Below are positions 58,979-64,000 of a DNA stretch of 64,000 nt, piece by piece. Location: contig CBDEFM010000002.1 of the NCBI GenBank assembly GCA_965237415.1, positions 2,784,001 to 2,848,000 of the forward strand, written 5' to 3'. The DNA is from Alphaproteobacteria bacterium (GTDB taxonomy: Bacteria > Pseudomonadota > Alphaproteobacteria > UBA828). Under the pieces are notes generated by a model. The model had not been told where the DNA came from and searched no databases. It saw only the letters and a list, made by a program, of their open reading frames with translations. Both the position numbers and the translations under genes were made by a program. Position 1 is the first letter of the stretch. Every line of letters begins with the position of its first letter.

Positions 58979-59755
58979 ATGACGCAGAACGGCGACGGCG
59001 GTGAGGCGGCACCGCGCAAGGCGCGCCGCTCACGCGCCGAGAGCCGGACGCGGCGCGAGCTCGCCGCCTGCTACCGCATGTTCTACCGGCGCGGCATGGA
59101 CGACCTGATCTACACGCACCTTTCGGTGCGGATTCCCGACCGGCGCGACTGCTACCTCTTCATCGGCTTCGGCCAGCTGTTCGACGATGTGACGGCATCC
59201 AGCCTGATGACCGTCGACATCGAAGGCCGCAACGTCGGACGAACGCCGGGGGAGGTCAATCCGGCGGGCTGGGTGGTGCACCGGACCGTCTTCGAGGCGG
59301 TGCCGGAGGCCGAGAGCGTGATGCATCTCCACACGGTGCCAGGAGTCGCCGTGTCGGCGCAGAAGGGCGGGCTGTTGCCGATCAACCAGTTCGCGATCAC
59401 CCATGCCGGCCGGATCGCCTACCACGACTATGACGGCCCCGGTCTCGGGCCGGCCGAGCAGACGACCCTGATTCGCGACCTCGGCGACAAGCGGATGATG
59501 TTCCTGCGCAACCACGGCACACTGACCTGGGGGCGCTCGATCGCCGAGGCGTTCACGCTGATGCACTATCTGGAGCGCACCTGCGAAATCCAGCTCGCCG
59601 CCCAGGCGGGCGGCCAGCCGGTGCTGCCGCCGAAGTCCGTCATCGAGCGGACGGCGGCAATCGGCCAGGGAACCGGCAACGCGGAATGGGCCAGGATCGG
59701 CTTCGAGGCGCTGCTGCGCCGCCTCGACCGGGAGGATCCATCTTACCGGCGCTAG
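58979..59755 (+). CDS. Class II aldolase/adducin family protein
   Basis: YTHLS, VTASSL, MHLHT, LRNHG. Confidence 0.9.
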   Translation: MTQNGDGGEAAPRKARRSRAESRTRRELAACYRMFYRRGMDDLIYTHLSVRIPDRRDCYLFIGFGQLFDDVTASSLMTVDIEGRNVGRTPGEVNPAGWVVHRTVFEAVPEAESVMHLHTVPGVAVSAQKGGLLPINQFAITHAGRIAYHDYDGPGLGPAEQTTLIRDLGDKRMMFLRNHGTLTWGRSIAEAFTLMHYLERTCEIQLAAQAGGQPVLPPKSVIERTAAIGQGTGNAEWARIGFEALLRRLDREDPSYRR

Positions 59756-59788
59756 TGCCGCTTCCGCCCGGCAGGCTATAGTGGCGCC

Positions 59789-61183
59789 ATGGCTACACTC
59801 CTAAAAAACACCGATACGCAAAGCGCGATCGAGGAGCTCGGCGCGCTCCTCGGCGACCGGCTCTCGACATCGCCCGCGGTGTGCGAGCATCACGCGACCG
59901 GCGAGACCTACCATGCGTCGCGCCCTCCGGACGCGGTGGTCTTCCCCGAAACGACGGAGGAAGTTGCGGAAATCGTCCGCATCTGCGCCGCGCATGGCGT
60001 GCCCATGATTCCCTATGGGGTGGGCACCTCGGTCGAGGGCAATGTCTGCGCACTGGAGGGCGGTGTCACCCTCGACATGGGGCGGATGAACCAGGTCCTC
60101 CGGGTGAGTCAGGAGGACCTCGACGTCACCGTCCAGGCCGGTGTCACGCGCAAGCAGCTCAACACCCATCTGCGCGATACCGGGCTGTTCTTCCCCATCG
60201 ATCCGGGGGCGGACGCGACCCTCGGCGGCATGACCGCGACGCGCGCCTCCGGCACCAATGCGGTGCGTTACGGCACGCTCAAGGAGAATGTGCTGGGGCT
60301 CACGGTGGTGCTGCCCGATGGGCAGATCATCAAAACCGGTGGGCGCGCGCGCAAGTCGGCGGCGGGCTACGACCTCACCCGACTCTTCGTCGGCTCCGAG
60401 GGCACGCTCGGCGTGATGACCGAGATCACGCTCAGGCTCTACGGCATCCCCGAGGCGATATCGGCGGCGGTGTGCTCCTTCCCCTCGCTCGAGGCGGCGG
60501 TCAACACGGTGATCCTGACCATTCAGTCGGGCATCCCCATCGCCCGGGTGGAGCTGCTCGACGACATTCAGATGGACGCCTGCAACAAGTTCTCGAAGCT
60601 CGATTACGCGCCCAAGGACACGCTCTTTTTCGAGTTCCACGGCACAGAGCGCGGCGTCGCCGAACAGGTGGAGCAGGTGCGTGAGATCGTTCAGGAGTTC
60701 GGCGGCTCGGACTTCCGCTGGTCGACGAAGCCTGAGGAGCGGAACGCACTCTGGCAGGCGCGGCACGATGTCTACTATGCATGCCTCGCGCTGCAGCCGG
60801 GCAAGAAGGGTTGGGCGACGGATGTCTGTGTGCCGATCTCCCGCCTTGCCGAGTGCCTGATCGAGACCAAGGAGGAGCTCGACGCCTCTCCCCTGCTGGC
60901 CCCGATCGTGGGCCACGTCGGCGACGGCAATTTCCACGTCTGCTTCCTCATCGACCCGGACGATCCGGCCGAGATGGCCGAGGCCAAGCGCCTCAACGGA
61001 CGCATGATCGACCGCGCACTCGCCATGGACGGGACCAGTACGGGCGAGCACGGCATCGGCTGCGGCAAGCTGGAGTATCTGGAGGCCGAGCACGGCGTCG
61101 GTGCCGTCGACCTCATGCGCACGCTCAAGCGGACGGTCGATCCCCATAACCTGATGAATCCGGGGAAGGTCGTCGTCGTCTGA
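59789..61183 (+). CDS. FAD-linked oxidase, D-lactate dehydrogenase (cytochrome)-like
   Basis: PIDPGADATLGGM, YDLTRLFVGSEGTLG, GHVGDGNFH, GEHGIG, MNPGK. Confidence 0.9.
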   Translation: MATLLKNTDTQSAIEELGALLGDRLSTSPAVCEHHATGETYHASRPPDAVVFPETTEEVAEIVRICAAHGVPMIPYGVGTSVEGNVCALEGGVTLDMGRMNQVLRVSQEDLDVTVQAGVTRKQLNTHLRDTGLFFPIDPGADATLGGMTATRASGTNAVRYGTLKENVLGLTVVLPDGQIIKTGGRARKSAAGYDLTRLFVGSEGTLGVMTEITLRLYGIPEAISAAVCSFPSLEAAVNTVILTIQSGIPIARVELLDDIQMDACNKFSKLDYAPKDTLFFEFHGTERGVAEQVEQVREIVQEFGGSDFRWSTKPEERNALWQARHDVYYACLALQPGKKGWATDVCVPISRLAECLIETKEELDASPLLAPIVGHVGDGNFHVCFLIDPDDPAEMAEAKRLNGRMIDRALAMDGTSTGEHGIGCGKLEYLEAEHGVGAVDLMRTLKRTVDPHNLMNPGKVVVV

Positions 61184-61286
61184 CCGCGGGCCTCTGCCCG
61201 CGTCCGTGGCGTGCAGGTAGCGCTTCTTAGAAGGAGCACCAGACGGCCCGATGCGGCGGCGGCTTACCCGTCGCGTGCGCCCTGGG

Positions 61287-62651
61287 TCATTCGAGCACCG
61301 TTCTCGGCAGCCACATGGCGATCTCGGGGAAGGCGATGACCAGCCCGAGCCCGACGAGCTGCAGGATCACGAAGGGGATGATGCCGCGGTAGATCTGTTG
61401 AATGCGCACTTCGGGCGGGGCCACGCCCTTCATGTAAAAGAGCGCGAAGCCAAACGGTGGGGTCAGGAACGAGGTCTGCAGGTTGACCGCCATCAGGATC
61501 GAGAACCAGTAGACGACCTCGAGCTTGGGTACGTGATCGCCGAAGTCGAGCCCCGCCAGGATCGGCGCGAACACCGGCAGGACGATCAGCGTGATCTCGA
61601 TCCAGTCGAAGAAGAACCCCAGCAGGAAGGTCACCAGCATGAGGATGATCAGGATTCCCCAGGGCCCGACGCCGACGGAATAGACGACATCCTCGATCAG
61701 CTGGTCGCCGCCGAGCGAGCGGAACACGTATGAGAACGCCGTCGCGCCGATGAAGATGAAGAACAGCATGCCGTTGGTGAGCGCCGTGCGCTCGACCACG
61801 TCCCGCAGCATCTTCCACGAGAATTTGCCGTTGATCACCGCCAGCAGGAGCGCGCCGAAGGCGCCGACGCCCGCCGCTTCGGTCGGCGTCGCCCAGCCCA
61901 GCACGATCGAGCCCAGCACCAGTAGGATAAGGAATACCGCCGGAATGAGGCCCCTCAAGAGCATGAAGACGAGCTCGCCAGTGCTCTTTGGCCCCGTCTC
62001 CTTGGGCAGCGGCGGCGCGAGATGGGGCTTAAACCGGCACAGCGTGAGGATGTAGATGAAGTAGAGGCCCGCGAGCATCAGGCCGGGGAATACCGCCGCG
62101 ACAAACAGCGTGCCGACGGAGCGGCCCAGTAGATCCGCCATGATGACCAGCATGATGCTGGGCGGAATCAGGATGCCGAGCGTGCCCGATGCGGCGATCG
62201 TGCCGGTGGCGAGCTCCATGTTGTACTTGCGCTGCAGCATGACCGGCAGCGCCATCAGGCTGATCATCACCACCGAGGCGCCGATGATGCCGGTGGTCGC
62301 GGCGAGGATCGTGCCCATCACCGTGACCGCGAGCGCGAGCCCTCCCGGCGTCCGCCGCAGCAGGACCTGGAGGCAATAGAGCAGATCGGCGGCGACGCCG
62401 GATCGCTCCAGCATCGTGCCCATGAAGACGAACATGGGGATCGCCACCAGCACCAGATTGTCGGCGATGCCCCAGATGCGGAGCGGCAGGTTGAAGAACT
62501 GGATGACGTGGAAGACGTCGAGCGCGACGCCGAGGAAGCCAAAGGCCAGCCCGACGCCGCCGAGAACGAAGCCGACGGGGAAGCCCGAAAACAGCAGGAT
62601 CGCCAGCGCTCCGAACATGAACGCCGGCAGATAGTCCTCGATGTAGAACAT
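61287..62651 (-). CDS. dctM: TRAP transporter large permease
   Basis: AIPMFVFMG, GTLGILIPPS, TPTEAAGVGA, NLQTSFLTPPFG. Confidence 0.93.
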   Translation of the reverse strand: MFYIEDYLPAFMFGALAILLFSGFPVGFVLGGVGLAFGFLGVALDVFHVIQFFNLPLRIWGIADNLVLVAIPMFVFMGTMLERSGVAADLLYCLQVLLRRTPGGLALAVTVMGTILAATTGIIGASVVMISLMALPVMLQRKYNMELATGTIAASGTLGILIPPSIMLVIMADLLGRSVGTLFVAAVFPGLMLAGLYFIYILTLCRFKPHLAPPLPKETGPKSTGELVFMLLRGLIPAVFLILLVLGSIVLGWATPTEAAGVGAFGALLLAVINGKFSWKMLRDVVERTALTNGMLFFIFIGATAFSYVFRSLGGDQLIEDVVYSVGVGPWGILIILMLVTFLLGFFFDWIEITLIVLPVFAPILAGLDFGDHVPKLEVVYWFSILMAVNLQTSFLTPPFGFALFYMKGVAPPEVRIQQIYRGIIPFVILQLVGLGLVIAFPEIAMWLPRTVLE

Positions 62652-62678
62652 GCGCTGCGGCTCCCGACCCGGCGCGGC

Positions 62679-63242
62679 CTACTCGGGCCGTTCCGGCTCT
62701 TCTGCGCCCTCGTCGCCGAGAGAGCGACGGAGCTCAGGAGAACCGAACAGCTCCACGAACTTGCGCAGCAGCACGGCGATCGCGGCCAGACCCAGGAGGA
62801 GCATCCCGGCCGGCAGGAAGCCCTTGATCGCCCAACGGTAGGGCAGGCCGGTGGCGGAGTCAGAGGCTTCGCCCACGGCCCAGGAGCGCTCCACGAAGTC
62901 GAGCGCGAAGTAGAAGACGATGGCGCAGTAAGGAAGTGCGAAGACCAGGCAGCCGACAAACTCGATCCAGCGCTGCACCCTGGGGCTGAAGCGCTCATGC
63001 ACCAGGCTGATCCGCACATGGGCGTTCTTCAGGTAGGCGAAGCCCAGGCAGAGCAGGAACAACACCCCGTGCAGGTGCCATTCGCCTTCCTGCAACTTGG
63101 TCGAGCCCAGCACGAGGAAGCGGCGGGTGATGACGTCGAAGATGATGATGATCATCAGCGACACCGAGATCCAGGCGCCGATACGCCCGACCCAGGTCAC
63201 CACCGAATTGAGGACGCCCTCAACTCTCAGGAGGTACCGCAT
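62679..63242 (-). CDS. dctQ: TRAP transporter small permease
   Basis: Four hydrophobic segments, DVITR, EWHL, HVRI; start approximate. Confidence 0.88.
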   Translation of the reverse strand: MRYLLRVEGVLNSVVTWVGRIGAWISVSLMIIIIFDVITRRFLVLGSTKLQEGEWHLHGVLFLLCLGFAYLKNAHVRISLVHERFSPRVQRWIEFVGCLVFALPYCAIVFYFALDFVERSWAVGEASDSATGLPYRWAIKGFLPAGMLLLGLAAIAVLLRKFVELFGSPELRRSLGDEGAEEPERPE

Positions 63243-63364
63243 ACAGTCCGTTACCGCCGCCCCACCGAGACAATAGGGGAGCGCCGGAACGCGGTCTGCA
63301 CCGGTTCCGGCGCCCCTCGGCAAAGGAGAAGCCGCACGCCGTGGCGCGCGGCTTCAGCTCGGCC

Positions 63365-64000
63365 CTAGTTCAGATAGCCGAGCTCCTTCCAGATTGCGTA
63401 CTCGGCGCGGTACGCCGCGTAGGACTCCCAGACCTTGGCGAAGTTCGCGTCACGCGCCACGTCCTCGGCCGCGACCTCGTTCCACTTCTCCTCTAGCGTG
63501 TCCAGGATCTCCTGCGACCAGCGGTGGATCGTCACGCCCTTCTCCTGGAGCTCGACCAAAGCGGCACCCTGGATCGCCTCGCCCTCGGCCAGCCCTTCGC
63601 GGAAGGCATCGCCGCAGACGACCTCGATCTGCGCCCGCTGGGTGTCGCTCAGCGCATCCCAGGCGGCCCTGTTCATGAGCAACTCGAACATCGTCGCCTG
63701 CTGGTGCCATCCGGGGAAGTAGTAGTGCTTGGCGACCTGGTAGAAGCCGAGATTGAGGTCGATCGCCGGCATCGAGTACTCGGTGGCGTCGATGGAGCCG
63801 CGCTCCAGCGCGGGGAAGATATCGCCGCCGGCAATGAGCTGGGTGGAGACGCCGATCTTCTCCATCACCTTGGCGCCGAGGCCGAAGAAACGCATCTTCA
63901 GGCCCGCGAGATCCTCGATGGAGTTGATCTCCTTGCGGAACCAGCCCGACGCCTCGGGCGCGATGACGCCGCAGGGCAGCGACTTCAGGCCGTGCGGCTC
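63365..64000 (-). CDS. dctP: TRAP substrate-binding protein (TakP-like), 5' part beyond window
   Basis: GWFRKEI, LKMRFFG, ALERGSIDATEYS, YYFPGWHQ. Confidence 0.88.
   Translation of the reverse strand, partial: EPHGLKSLPCGVIAPEASGWFRKEINSIEDLAGLKMRFFGLGAKVMEKIGVSTQLIAGGDIFPALERGSIDATEYSMPAIDLNLGFYQVAKHYYFPGWHQQATMFELLMNRAAWDALSDTQRAQIEVVCGDAFREGLAEGEAIQGAALVELQEKGVTIHRWSQEILDTLEEKWNEVAAEDVARDANFAKVWESYAAYRAEYAIWKELGYLN

Overview
High-GC chromosomal segment, most likely from an alphaproteobacterium (inferred from gene content, synteny and REP types). 0.4-21 kb is a cobalamin biosynthesis cluster under a B12 riboswitch. It mixes early-insertion genes (cbiX, cbiD, cbiG-cobJ fusion) with late-insertion genes (cobN, cobW), and also carries an SCO gene and a signal-less BtuF-like gene. 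A small, visibly lower-GC islet next to tRNA-Arg(CCG) holds an arsC remnant, a lipoprotein and a RusA-like gene. Next come an SDR, glnT/gmaS, tRNA-Leu, ppx/ppk/hdaA/DUF2066, purN, a phasin, tRNA-Thr and a fused hpf-ptsN-hprK-rapZ-EIIA-HPr-EI-ahcY-tsaE-amgK-murU-addBA cluster. The last part has an SMP-30 lactonase, a VapC toxin-antitoxin pair, an MFS transporter, an LLM oxidoreductase, frameshifted prfB, mrcA, amiC, an aldolase, a D-lactate-dehydrogenase-like oxidase and a TRAP transporter. The most unusual signal is non-coding: two homologous intergenic elements (about 26279-26701 and 53633-53914). Each ends exactly on the stop codon of a convergent gene and carries a variable-copy, telomere-like ATCCCACTT(A) array (13 versus 4 GGG tracts on the minus strand). 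A separate 116-bp CTAG-flanked mini-element carries two NrdR-box-like sites with no adjacent nrd gene. All identities were counted by hand; no database search was run.
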